DNA from: Monocercomonoides exilis PA203
Lineage: Eukaryota; Protista; Preaxostyla
NCBI GenBank assembly: GCA_001643675.2
Contig: LSRY02000037.1
Span: 992,001-1,056,000 of the forward strand
Length of the DNA: 64,000 nucleotides
Reading direction: 5' to 3'
Shown here: positions 13,258-25,097 of the stretch, piece after piece
Position numbering within the stretch: the first letter of the stretch is position 1
Layout of the letters: each line of letters opens with the position of its first letter
The notes under the pieces: generated by a model
Told to the model about the DNA's origin: nothing
Seen by the model: the letters and a program-made list of their open reading frames with translations, nothing else
Databases searched by the model: none
Translations under genes and position numbers: made by a program

Positions 13258-15797
13258 TTCTCATTCATCTCTCACTTCTTCCTCTTCTTCTTCATTTCCA
13301 TAAACATCATATCACACTGCTTTGTCATCATCATCGGTCATTTCATTTGATTGGATTCCTTTCGTTTTTGCATTTGCGTAAGGGATTATTCCAGAAAGAA
13401 AAAAGAAAAGCATTTATGAAGAAATTGAAATTGTTAAAAAATGATAAGAAGATTGAAAAGCCAATGAAGAGAATGAAGAGAAAGAGAAAGAAGAACTTGT
13501 TTTGACAGAATAAGATGAATGGAAATCGGAAATGAAAAAATAATTGAAGAGATTTAAAAAAAAATAAAAAAGAAGTTGAATGGAAAGGGGGAGAAGTTGG
13601 AACAGAAGACGATAACGGACCAGAACAGAAAGCGACAACGAAGCAAGAAGAATTCGTTGGATTTCTGAGCCATTCTTGCTTTTGTTTTTCTTTTTTTCAA
13701 GTATCTTGGAGAGCAGCAACGAGGAGCTGGGAAGGGTGTTGAGAAGCTACGCAGTGGAGAGCATATTCACAGTTGAGGTGCCATGTGGAGGTTTCAGGTG
13801 GCATGAAGCCTCCTCCTTTGATCAAGGCGATGCTGAGTGCACAGGCGTGGGAGCAGATGATGCTGCTGCGGGCAGAAGGGCAATTTGGGCTGGAAAGGCT
13901 GCTGTTGCGTGAGGCAGCATCGGTCGAAGCTCACACCACCTGACGCTGCAGAGCTGGTCGAGAAAAATGGCAGTGAAAATAAGGCGCATCATGCCAAAGG
14001 GTCTTTCTGACCGACTTGACTCAAAGTGTGAAGAAGGAAAATTTTCATTTGAAACAACTGCGAGATCTGTGGCGATGAGACGTTCAATGGAGCTGTCGGA
14101 GCTGTCGGAGCTATCATCGAGCAAGAACACGGCTGGTGCTTCATTGATGGCGAAGAGGTTGATGCTGGAGAGAAAGACGAAGGAAGCCCTGGGAGCACGA
14201 ATGGTGCGCTGGGAGGTGTGCAGAGTTCCCCTTCGAGAACAAATAGCGTGGAGTTGAGGTGGACATACTTATTGGAGGGGGTTAACAGTTAGGAGGATGA
14301 TCCAATGAAGAATCTGCGTTAATGGTTGAAGACGGAAGAGCGGATGGATGCAAAAGAGGAACAGAAGGAGAGGCACCTTTTATGTGGATGAAGCTCTGAG
14401 AAGCTCAAATAAAACGGAATGGCAGTGGTGAAGAAAAACGGTGCAAGGCTTGTCGAGACAGGCATGTCTCTGATGTCTGCAAGGGATGTCGAGGCGTCGA
14501 AGAATGATGTGACGCATATCCTGAGGATATAAGGAATGGAGTGGCTGATGCAAAGGCACAACTGGAAAGCGCATGAGCCCGTGGCATGATCGACAAATAG
14601 ATGAGGGAAGCGGAAGAAGGTTGTGAAGAGGTGGAGACCGGAATCGACTTTGAGGCTTGGGCAGGAATGGGAGAAAAAGGAGCAACCGATTGAGGAGTTT
14701 GTGGAAAAAGAGGGCTGGACGAAGTCGAGGGAATAGAGGGACTTGTCGATTTGGGTTGAGATGCTGGAGCACAGGAGAAAGACGTCCATGTGCACAAAAG
14801 GAGTTATTCAAGGCGAAGCGGAGGTTGAGGATGGGGATGGGGATGGGGGGTGGCAGGGGCGTTCGCGGGGCGGGTGCAGAAGATGAGCGGGCAGTTGCCC
14901 CTGCTGGCTGTGCGAGAGCAGATGCACGAGGTGAGGATCCATGCTGAAACATCCAGCGATGTTTTCCAGTTAAGGAGAAGTTCAGTTGCTGCCTCGCTCC
15001 TGGTCGATCATTCAACATCGTGACCACTTTCCGCAATCACCAAGCAACCATCTCGTTGCTCGTTGCTCGTTGCTGGTTGCTTGTGCGCTCAATGTTGGTG
15101 TTATAGGCAGAGGCTCATACGAACACAGTTCTTGCATCAGGATCAGATGGCCACTGGGGCAGTGGCAGCGAGCAAAGAGGACGAGAACGAGGTGAATGGG
15201 AGCGCAGCAGAAGTGGATGCAGCGGCGATCTGCAGAAATGAGCAAGACAAGGGCAAAGAAGCGATGGGGAAGTGTTTGAGAGACATAATACCTTTTGTTG
15301 CGTTAACCATCGCAAATGCGAGGGGTTCTTGGGGAGTCAGCATGGAAAAGGAGTAGCCAAACATGCGGAAAGGAACGGAAAGAGAGGATATCTGGAAAAG
15401 CATGGCTGACGAGGAAGGAAAGATGGATAGAGGGTGAGGAAGATGAGGAAGATGAGGAAGATGAGGAAGATGAGGAAGATATAATGCGGGTGGTTGTGTG
15501 GTGGAAGTGATTCAAGTCAAAAGAATTCCTGTCTTCATGAATAATTTTCTGTGATATTTTCTTTTTTGTTTTTTCAACAATTCTGATCAATGAATTCAAA
15601 TGACTAATTTGAAGAATTGTTTTTTTTTTTTCTCAAACAAATATTTACAGCAAACAGTTATTTATCTGATAAATGTCTTGTGTTTCGATCATCTTTCCCA
15701 ATGTTTATTGTCGCAAATTGAAAGTTTTCTTCAAATGTTTTCAGAGCTTTGTAACAATTTTTTAAAAAAATATATTTTTTCTTATTTATCAAATATT
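13258..15797. repeat. Inverted repeat IR1, right arm (~2.55 kb); contains a GC-richer, stop-riddled coding-like segment on + strand
   Basis: Reverse complement of 5046-7590. No intact long ORF and no recognisable domain. Confidence 0.97.
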
Positions 15798-15996
15798 TGT
15801 ATTTGAAATAAATAAATTATATTATGGAAATTATTGAGATCATGCGGAATTAACAATGGAATTCATGTTTTGTTCTGTTTATTGAAGCTTTGATTATTTT
15901 TTGGATGAGATTTTTTTCCTTTTTCAAATTTTGTAATAAAAGCAATTCGAAACAATTTTTCATCAATCAATCAATGATGATAATAATAATTATTTA

Positions 15997-18900
15997 ATGG
16001 TGTGTGCATAAACCCGCACATTTGCACAAACCCGCACAATTCTGTTCATAAAAAAGAAAAGTCACATTAGAATTGACTTCACATGTCAAATTCAAAAAAT
16101 TATCTAAAATTGATTGAATATAATATTTTTTCAATATTTATCGATTCTGTTATGGTTGTTTTTCCCATATCTTTATATAGTATCTTCAAAAATATCGTTT
16201 TCAACACTCAATTATCAATTTTCTTATATGGATGAAATGAAAAAAGAAAAGATAATCATTAACAAATCTCAACGCAATAGTTATTATTGTCAACAAAGAG
16301 CTATAAGGATGAGATTAAAAGGAGAATTAGCTGGAATAAATGGAAGGCCAAGATACTTATCTACAGAAGAAGAAGAAAGATTGGAAGAAATTTTGCTTAA
16401 TTGGGATGATTCTGTGACTCAGCCAACAATTAAAGACATTCCGAAACTGGTTTGTTATGGATTTTTTATTTTTTCCGTTAATCAACTTTTTTCAGGCAAG
16501 GAGTATCAGAATACAAAGGTCAGAAAAGTCTGCAATATACATTGAAATGCCAAGCATGAGATGGGTGTATGGTTTTCTTTCCAGACATAAACAATTGAAA
16601 ACCATTCATCCCATTCGACTCGATCATGCTCGTCTTAGAGCTTCTTTAAAAAGCAATATTTTTTCATTTTTGATTCAACTACGTTCAATGATGCAAAGAA
16701 AAAAATACCATCCTTCATTAATTTTTCAGTTGGATGAAACCAGCTGTCAATCTTCAGATAAAAGAGAAAACTTAAGAGTTGTATCGAATAAATGCTCATT
16801 CATTCCTTCTTTAAGAATACCTCCTCTTCATCACCTCACACTTCTTTTTATTGTCAAGGCTGATGGATGTCATCTTCCGACGCATCTTCTTTTACCTTTT
16901 AAATATGAAAAAGAAATAAAGGAACAATGGAGTGATGAAAGTTTTATTTTGCACTCATCAAAAAAAGGTTGGATGACAAAGGAGTTATTTGAAGAAATAA
17001 TGTTGACAAATGTATTACCACATATTCAAAAGCAACGCAAAAATGTGATTAAAATGAATCGATATCTTCAAGAAAAGCAAGAACAAATAACTGGAAAAAG
17101 AAAAACTAACAAAGAACAAGAATTTGAACAGTCAAGGAAAACATTTATCAATGAAAGAATACAAAAGGAATTAACTTCAATTACAAAAGCGGAAAAATTT
17201 TCGGAACAATATCCATCACTGACTCAAGAATCACAACAAATTTCTTCGCGAAATGAAAAAAACTTAAAGGATGATGAATCATTTTCGGATTCCAATTTCA
17301 CTGAAACGCACAAAATGTCAAGTGGCCAAGCTTATGATGGCGTTTCAACTCCGAAGTCTGAAGACCAGAAATCAACAATTACTTCAATTTCAACTCAATG
17401 CGAATCAATTGAACATCAATTATAGAATTTGGACGTTTCATCTCAGCATTCTCAACACACTTTGCCTTCAAATGATAAACAAATTAATACAGATGGAACA
17501 ACAAATGATTTATGCGAAGATTTTGTTTCTTCATTTCCAGAAGACAAGTTGAGTTCTTTTAGTATCTTGTTGAATGATGATAAATGCGAAGAATGTAATT
17601 GGTGGCTATATACTGAATCCCAGATACATGAATCAATCTATGAAGAATCTTGTTCGTCAGAGAAAAATGACTTCAAGTTGAAAGAAGAATCTAACGAAGT
17701 TCCACCAGCACTCATAATACTAGATGGTCATTCATCAAGGCAGAATTTAAAACTGTGGCAACAATTTGCTTCAGAAAATGTTGATGTAATTGTGATTCCT
17801 GCCCACATATCTCACATTTTACAACCGCTTGATCTTGGACCAAACGCTATCCTTAAACACCATCTCAAAAAAGTCAGAAATGAGCCATCAATCAAGAGAA
17901 TGAAAAAAGAATTCTTACCTTTTGTTCGAGCCATAACAGATTGCGCTTATTATGCTCTTGCTCCAAAGACAATAAGAAACGGGTTTTTTGAGGCTGGAAT
18001 AACATCATTTTCGATCAAACATGTTCTCGATAAAACTCTTGATTCTTTACCACCTGAAGTGAAGCCTTCAAAAAGGACGAAACGCTGGTCGATTTCGGGC
18101 AAATGCATCACAACAAAGGAGTTTCTGAATGAATGGGAGTTCCATGAAAAAGAAAAGGAATCAAAAACGTTTGATAAAGAATTACAACAGCAAACAAACA
18201 GCGAAGACAAAGTGGGAAGCGATAAGCGTTCAGATTGTGAAAAGAGTGAGTATCTTTCAAATAAAGAAACTTCTGAAAATACATGTTTCGAAAAATGCAA
18301 TTCACAAACTCAAACAAAAATAATCAATGATGCACACTCTAAGGAAGATGAAACAGAGCCAACAGATTCTCAAGAAGGGGAGGACAATGTGTTGGATGTG
18401 CCCTTGTTACGACGTTCAAAAAACAAAAGAGTCCATTCCTTTAATCATTCGTCAAGTTGCTCTGATGAAAGCCTATCCGAATGGAATAGTTCTGAAACGT
18501 CCTCATTTTCCAGTCACGATTCTTTTGAACCAACTTCAAAAAAATCAAAATCAAATATCAGAAAAACGAAAATGAAAAAAAAGAGATATCGTGATGAAAG
18601 CGAGAAAGATTATGATAAGTTAGATAATGAAGAAGAAATAAGCGAAACGATCAGACAAACAATGGACAGAGGTGCCAAACCAAAATTGTACTCGACACGA
18701 TCAATCAAAACAATGACGAATAAATATTCTGACCAGTACGTTGTATTTGCTGACTCTGACGATGAAGAAGTTGAAAAAGAAATCAAATGAAAAAAACGAA
18801 AGAATTATTAATTAACGTTAAAAAAAAGAATATCAATTCAGTTTTTTTTCACACATGAATTCTTCACATTTCCATTTTTTTGAAAAATAATTACTTCAGA

Positions 18901-20187
18901 AAAATAGAAAATAACTTGACGTTATTAAAAAATATTACAAGAACAATAAAAAATCATTTCAAAGAATAGTCAAAATAATATAGAAGTATTTCACAAACTT
19001 TTAAACATGCACTCAAACAGTCAACTGTCAAACGATACAATTTTTTGTTTGCGGATTGATAGTCTAAAAAGAAATAATAAAAGGACTATATTGAACATGA
19101 CAAGTTGGAAAAATGAATGAGCGCTTTTGTTTCAAAAAATTTGAATATCAAAAATAATATCAGACCTTCGATTCAATATGCAACCTATATGTTTTCGGTT
19201 TTTGTTTTTTGTTTTTATGAATCCGAATTTCCATATAAGAAAGAGCATTCACTTTCTGTTTTTGAATGATTTTCCTTTTTTGTTCAAACAATACGTCATA
19301 ATTGATTGAATTTTCTCTTCGGTGGATCGAGAATATATTTCTATGATTTCTTGCGGGACACGAGAGCTAATAAAGAATAAATGAACAGATTATTCAATAA
19401 AAAATTGATAAAATAATGCATAAATAAACAAACGTTTCTTTTTGATTATATTAATTACACAAATTGTGGAATAATTGTTTTTATAATTAAGATTAATTGT
19501 GAAAAGCAATATTAATTCATATTTAAATAAAGGCTTTAAATAATCAAACTCTCGAAATTAATATTTATTTAATGGGACAAAAACCATTATCCGCTCTGAA
19601 ACTTATCAAGAAAATGAAAACTGTTTGTTCTTTGTAATTTGATGTTATTCAAATTGAAACATATATTTTTTGAATCACTGTCATAGTTATTTATTCAAGC
19701 ATGTTTCAATTTTTCAATTCATTGTTTATCTTTTTTGATATAATTGTTTTTCAGTTTTTTGGAAATAAACTTTTTATTCAAGTGTTCAGATGTGTAACTT
19801 TTGAATAAAAATAATTAAATTAACATTTTCTGAGTTCTAATATTCCTATTTGCAGATTCTCAAATTTTTTTGCATTTTCACAAACAATTTATCATTTCAT
19901 ATGTTTTTTCGAATTGAATAATAAAATGTAAGACTGTGATAAACAAAATTTTGATTTTTGCAGGTTAAATTTCGATAATGAAAGAAAAACAAAAATTGAA
20001 TGAAAACTTATTTCAAAAAACAAAAGATGATCATTTTTGAACAGTTAATTTTTTTAATGCTTTTGTTCTTTTCAAGAAATGAATCAACAACCAAATCAGA
20101 TGCAATTTCGTAATAAGATATTCTCAAACTTTCATTTAAACCCGAGTGTGCGGGTTTATGCAATTGTGCGGGTTTTGCACATCACTA
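15997..20187 (+). mobile_element. pogo-like (Tc1/mariner superfamily, DD35D) DNA transposon, element P1
   Basis: Imperfect TIRs. Left: GGTGTGTGCATAAACCCGCACATTTGCACAAACCCGCACA (~15999-16038). Right, reverse-complemented: AGTGATGTGCAAAACCCGCACAATTGCATAAACCCGCACA (~20147-20186). Each has two AAACCCGCACA direct repeats. They enclose a transposase. TA is clear only at the right end, so exact termini are uncertain. Confidence 0.85.
16228..18790 (+). CDS. pogo/CENP-B-like DDE transposase (DD35D), with intron 16450-16495 and in-frame TAG at 17423-17425
   Basis: Motifs GRPRYLS..EEE (HTH region), WVYGFLSRH, FQLDET, GWMT, ILDGHSS, HILQPLD, with 35 residues between the 2nd and 3rd Asp. The 46-nt GT..AG intron joins PKL|ARS in frame. 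Confidence 0.9.
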
Positions 20188-20200
20188 TAAGCAATGGGTA

Positions 20201-22705
20201 CAATGAGTAAAAAACCGTTACAAAGTAAAAAACCCGGATTTTTTATTCAGCAACTGTGTCTTCAATTTCTTTCAATTTTTATTCAAGTGATATGTTTTTT
20301 TTAATGCTGAAAGTGATAATTTATGATCGTCAAGAAAAAAGAAGAATTTAACATGGCATGCAAAGAAAATTATCATGTTTTTTCTGCGAATCAAAAATAA
20401 TCGTGTGAAATGATGTTCCTCAAATTTCTATAGTTATAGAAGCCATATCTTTGATATATGAAAATTGTTGTGAACTTGACCAAAGCTATTTACTGTCCAA
20501 CGCTCAGTCTTTTGCAACCGTTGTTTATTCTTATATATTTGTATGAATTGTGAATGATAAATAAAACAATTATTAATTAGCATTCAATCCAAAATATGCA
20601 ATTAATATAAAGTCATATATGTAAATATCATTCAAAAAAGAAGGAGAAAATATATGAATAAATAAGTATTTCCCAAACTAGTTAATGTTTCCATTGTTTC
20701 GTTATCATCGTGTAGTATTTTGGATTTTTTGCTTCTTGACGGACAAGTTTCTTTTATGCTTTCATTTCGCTCATCAATCTGCCTTTCTTTTGATATGGCT
20801 TCATCGTCTTCATAAATGAAGTCATCGTCGATTTTTTTCTTTCTTATTCGAGGGATTCTTTTTGATACTGATTTGTTTCTTGAAGGATGATCACGATCTT
20901 CGTCTGAGAAATTATAATCATCAGTTTGCGTGAATTCATCCCTATGGTGCTTTTCTTCAATTTTCATTTCATTTTGAACCTTTTTTGTTGATTTAACTTT
21001 GCGCTTTGGGGAAAAAGAACCAAACAATTCATTGTTAACTTCATCTGAAGAAATTGCTGAAGAAGATTTTGAAGGAGATCCACTTATTTTGGTGAGAACT
21101 TGCGAAGCTGCCAGTGGCCAGATTCCTGTGTTGAGAAATGCAGTTTTAATTACCGATGGAGTGGTCGCTGCAGCGATCGCCTCTGGTAAGACCTCAGCAA
21201 GTGCCTTTCTATATGAAGAAGATGAATCATCCATTGGAACTTTGAAATTATTGTATAATGTTCTTTTCAATTTGGCAAATATCACATTGTCACAGGGCTG
21301 GAGGAGATGGGTCATGTTAGGGGGAAATGTTTTTATGAAAATTCCGTTATTTTCAGCTTCTATGATGACTTCTGAACATGTATGTGTAGAATGATTGTCA
21401 AGAAGAAGAAGAGCCTTTTCGAAGATGTTGATTGTATTTTTTGATGAATGAGAGGAATCCAATTTTGAAGCATGATGATTTTGAAAATTTCAGTGGTAAT
21501 CCATCCTGAAGGCGCAGGAATATAATTTATATTAAAAAATATCAAATTAGAAAACTCTTCAGGCATTTTTTTCTTTGGATAAAGAAAAAAATGAGGAAGG
21601 CAGGAACCATCAGAACACACGCAAACGCAAAGAGTTGCGTTGGCAATTTTTCGAGGATCTGGAGGAGAAGGAGGGATCTGATCTTTCAAACAGATCACTA
21701 ATTTTGAAGAACTTTCTCCGATTCTCACAGAAGATTCGTCAAAATTAAAAATATTGGAAACTTCGATATTGTTTCCTTCTACGATTTCTTTCACTTCTAT
21801 AAACCAATTAGTCACATTTTCAGGGCTCTGTGACCGAATTTTTGCAATTTCAAGTGGTCTCGCCAAGGCCGCCTTTAAAATAGAGCTTCTTTGAACCAAA
21901 TAATAAGATAATTTCGGATGGAGTTTCTCGTTTTCTTCTTCATTTGTTGATTCTGCGTCCAACATTTTTATTGCCTATTTAAATAAAGATCAAAATTAAT
22001 CAGATAAAAAAATTGAAAACCATTTCCTGTATGTGCTTCATTCGAACAACAACTCCTTCAGATAATAAAGACAAGACCTGATTTTCGATTTTTTCCAGTT
22101 TCTCAGAATTAATAAGCGATGTTCTTCCTTCTTTTCCAACATCTCTGTTTTTCTTTTCTGCTGTTTTGCCTCTGTACCAAGCCTGCCTTGTAATTACTTT
22201 CGCTTTGACCGCCACGTTCACTGTCAATGGATATGTTTTCTTGATTTCAAAAATTTTCCTCGATCTGGAATGGATTGTGCGGTATTCTCTTGTAGCAGCA
22301 ATCCTAAGAAGTTCTTCTGAAGCAATTGATTTCTTTTCCATCACAAAAAAGGGAACGATCAAAATGATCAAAATTGAAAAAATATTGTTTGAAAGGCTAT
22401 TCAATCAAACTAACAAATGGCAGTTCAAGTGATGGAATGATAATTTTTTTTTAAATATATTTGCTAAATTTTATCTTGAATTTTCAACAACATATAAAGA
22501 ATATTAATCAATCATTCTATCAAGTGAACAACACTTGTTGAGAAGAAATACATCGTAATAATTAGAAAAATTTGAACTTTTCAACTAAAATTGTTTCATC
22601 AGTCAATAATCAGTTTAAACAAAGCTAATGTTTTGATGAAAGAAAAATTTTCTTTTTTTTAAAGTCCCGGTTTTTTTAACTTTGCACCGGGTTTTTTACT
22701 CATTG
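20201..22705 (-). mobile_element. pogo-like DD35D DNA transposon, element P2 (2505 bp)
   Basis: TA TSD at 20199-20200 and 22706-22707. TIRs: CAATGAGTAAAAAACCGTTACAAAGTAAAAAACCCGGA versus rc CAATGAGTAAAAAACCCGGTGCAAAGTTAAAAAAACCGGGA. Confidence 0.93.
20632..22341 (-). CDS. pogo-like DDE transposase (DD35D), with intron 21975-22020 and one frameshift near 21420
   Basis: Motifs FNFDES, GWIT, LLDNHSTH, HLLQPCD (D-35-D). The 46-nt GT..AG intron joins QEM|AIKMLD. ORFs 21360-21965 and 20632-21462 join if one A is added to an A-run. Confidence 0.9.
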
Positions 22706-23356
22706 TAAGTGGGCAGATAACGACCGGTCAAACTTTACGATTTGTATGTTTTCATATTTTTAGACTATTACAAATGAATGTAATTATGATATTTCTATTG
22801 TGGCTTTCGAATTACAGTGATTCAAAGCTGAAAAAACCTATCTTTAAAATCCAAACGGAGTATATATTAAAAAAACTTCCCCACTTAAATAAAAAAACCC
22901 TCATCATATGATTAAATTTAAAATTTTCGTTAACATAACCCTTATAAATACATTGACAATGGATAAATCTTTATTTCCAATAAAAACCTTAAAAAAAATT
23001 TCTCTCTTAATTATCTTAGGGGTTTGATCATTAATTTTTAATAACAACTGCTTTTTAAATACAGAAAATTTTCAGTTTTTTTTCGAATGTTTCTCCTATT
23101 TGAGAATTTTAACATCTGAAAAGAAGTTTTTCAAGGTCAATAGTTCTTCTTTTGGACAATTTTTATACCGGTCGCTATGTACCCTCTCACCAAGCAATGA
23201 TTTTTAATCTTCACAACTTTCATTTTTCAAATCATCTTAACCTTTCATGAAAATATTTTTGAACAAACATTTAAATAGTTGTGTTCAAAACACTCACTTT
23301 TGCCAGAACCTTCAAACATGACATTTTCTTTCGAAATACTCATTTTCATTCATATA

Positions 23357-23559
23357 CTTGAAAGAGTTTTGCATTTCGATTCGAACAGAAACTTTTATTT
23401 GTTTAATATTTTGTATTTCGATTGAAAAATCTGAAACAAAAAATATTCATCTTTTATAATCTTTTTAAATAATTTTTTGATTCAGATTTTTCAATCAAAA
23501 TACAAAATATTTAACAAATAAAAGTTTCTGTTCGAATCAAAATGCAAAACTCTTTCAAG
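23357..23559. mobile_element. 203-bp foldback/hairpin element (probable TA-target MITE) inside the P3 TIR
   Basis: ~90-bp near-perfect inverted arms (CTTGAAAGAGTTTTGCATTT...AAATGCAAAACTCTTTCAAG) with a ~20-bp loop, flanked by TA and CA. Confidence 0.75.
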
Positions 23560-23636
23560 CAGCGTCGTGTTTTTTATTCAAAACGATTCAATAATTCATA
23601 ATTATCTTATTCGATCATTTATTTTGTGATATTTAT

Positions 23637-25097
23637 TTATTTCTGTCTTTTTTCCATTTCTCTTTTTTGAAGTGCAAAAAAAAAACTTGGACTTGTTAAC
23701 CATTTAAAAGGAACTTCAAATTCTCCTGTCCTAATCCCATCTGGATACTTAGGGTCTTCTGTATCATCAGAAACATACGGATTTGAAATCAAGATTTCTG
23801 GATTGATTGGGAACAATCCAGTTGTCCTGAATGCGTTCTCCTTGTTAAGAAATGATGTTGCCGTCTTTTCTGCATCAATTGCACACTCAACGATTAATTT
23901 TCTTCTGTCAGCGGCTTTCATTTTTTGTCCATCATTGTGCTCCTCCACCCACTTAATTTTCCTTCTCCTCATCAGCTTTCTGAATGCGTTTCGAAGAGGA
24001 CAAGCAATTCCAACATCAAAAGGTTGCATTATGTGAGTCAAATTTCCATGCAGAGTGAACACAAAAATAAAATAATGTTCAAATAATACCAACGCTGAAG
24101 GGCAAAGGCGAGATGGATGACTATCAAGAATGAAAAAAACAGGAGAATTGAGTGGAATAACTCCAAGCGACCTGCAAATTGTTATCCATGAGCAGAAATG
24201 AACAGCATAACTGTAGAAAGCATTTCTGTCCATCCATCCTGATGCATTAACGTGAATTTCGCATGAACCTGCTTTTTTGTACTCCAAAAGTTCAGGAGGA
24301 ACCATTTTCAATGCAGAAATAATGATAAACGGTGGAGGAGCTATGCAAGATGGTCCAATGGTGGTCATTATTGATATATGATAATATGTGTGATCTTCTG
24401 AGGAAGCAGGTGCTCTTTTGGCTTCGGCAGGTACGATTAATTTTTGGAAAGAACAAAAATCAGCATTCCATTCGTCTGCGTTAAATATATTAAGCTTGTT
24501 GACAGATGGCTTGATATCTTTGTTAAACATAAAATTGAACCATGCTCTGATGTTTGACATGAATGCTGAGTTCAATTTGGCTGGGGTGATATTAGATGGA
24601 GAGAGAACTTTCAGCTTGTGCTTCGAAATAAATCCTGAGACATATGCTGGAGAAGGTGGCACAAGTTGTTTATCAAAATGCTTGATAACAGGACTAAGTC
24701 CAAAGTGAAGAGACATCCTTAATGATTTCAAATTTTGTCTTTGCATTTCCGAATAAATGATTTCACTTAATTCTTGTGTTGTTATTCCATCATGTTGTTG
24801 ATATTTTTCATGAACAATATTCAGCACCTTTTCTTCACCCTCGAAGTTTAGCAAACTAGGCCTTGTGTGAACTTCCTTTTCGTTCCAAGTTTGTCCGGCG
24901 CAATAACATCTCACAGCGCTATAAATTTTTTGTGTCGTAATGTTTAACGCTTCTGATATCAAACAAACCTTCTGTGGAAAAGCATCAAGAGCAGCAATAA
25001 CTTTTTCGAATAATGAATTGGCGTTTCTAACTTCAAACGTAAGTTTTACGTCTCGAAGTTTTTGTTCTCGTGATATTTTTTCAATCTTTGTATCTTT
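23637..25097 (-). CDS. pogo-like DDE transposase (DD35D); start codon not identified
   Basis: Uninterrupted frame from 25097. Motifs YVSGFISKH, FNADE, GWMD, ILDSHPSR, HIMQPFD, AFRTTGLFP. Confidence 0.9.
   Translation of the reverse strand, partial: KDTKIEKISREQKLRDVKLTFEVRNANSLFEKVIAALDAFPQKVCLISEALNITTQKIYSAVRCYCAGQTWNEKEVHTRPSLLNFEGEEKVLNIVHEKYQQHDGITTQELSEIIYSEMQRQNLKSLRMSLHFGLSPVIKHFDKQLVPPSPAYVSGFISKHKLKVLSPSNITPAKLNSAFMSNIRAWFNFMFNKDIKPSVNKLNIFNADEWNADFCSFQKLIVPAEAKRAPASSEDHTYYHISIMTTIGPSCIAPPPFIIISALKMVPPELLEYKKAGSCEIHVNASGWMDRNAFYSYAVHFCSWITICRSLGVIPLNSPVFFILDSHPSRLCPSALVLFEHYFIFVFTLHGNLTHIMQPFDVGIACPLRNAFRKLMRRRKIKWVEEHNDGQKMKAADRRKLIVECAIDAEKTATSFLNKENAFRTTGLFPINPEILISNPYVSDDTEDPKYPDGIRTGEFEVPFKWLTSPSFFFALQKREMEKRQK

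Larger units (their letters stand above)
20197..23191. mobile_element. Non-autonomous MITE (~488 bp before being split by P2) with 8-bp TSD, Merlin-like
   Basis: AAGCAATG at 20189-20196 and 23192-23199. Removing P2 restores the left end GGTAAGTGGGCAGATAACGACCGGT, which matches the right end (rc) GGTGAGAGGGTACATAGCGACCGGT at 20/25 positions. Confidence 0.8.

Noticed and set aside
5046-15797. Polinton/Maverick element, suggested by long TIR-like arms
   Set aside because: No pPolB, integrase, ATPase or capsid ORFs inside, and the termini lack the AG...CT signature.
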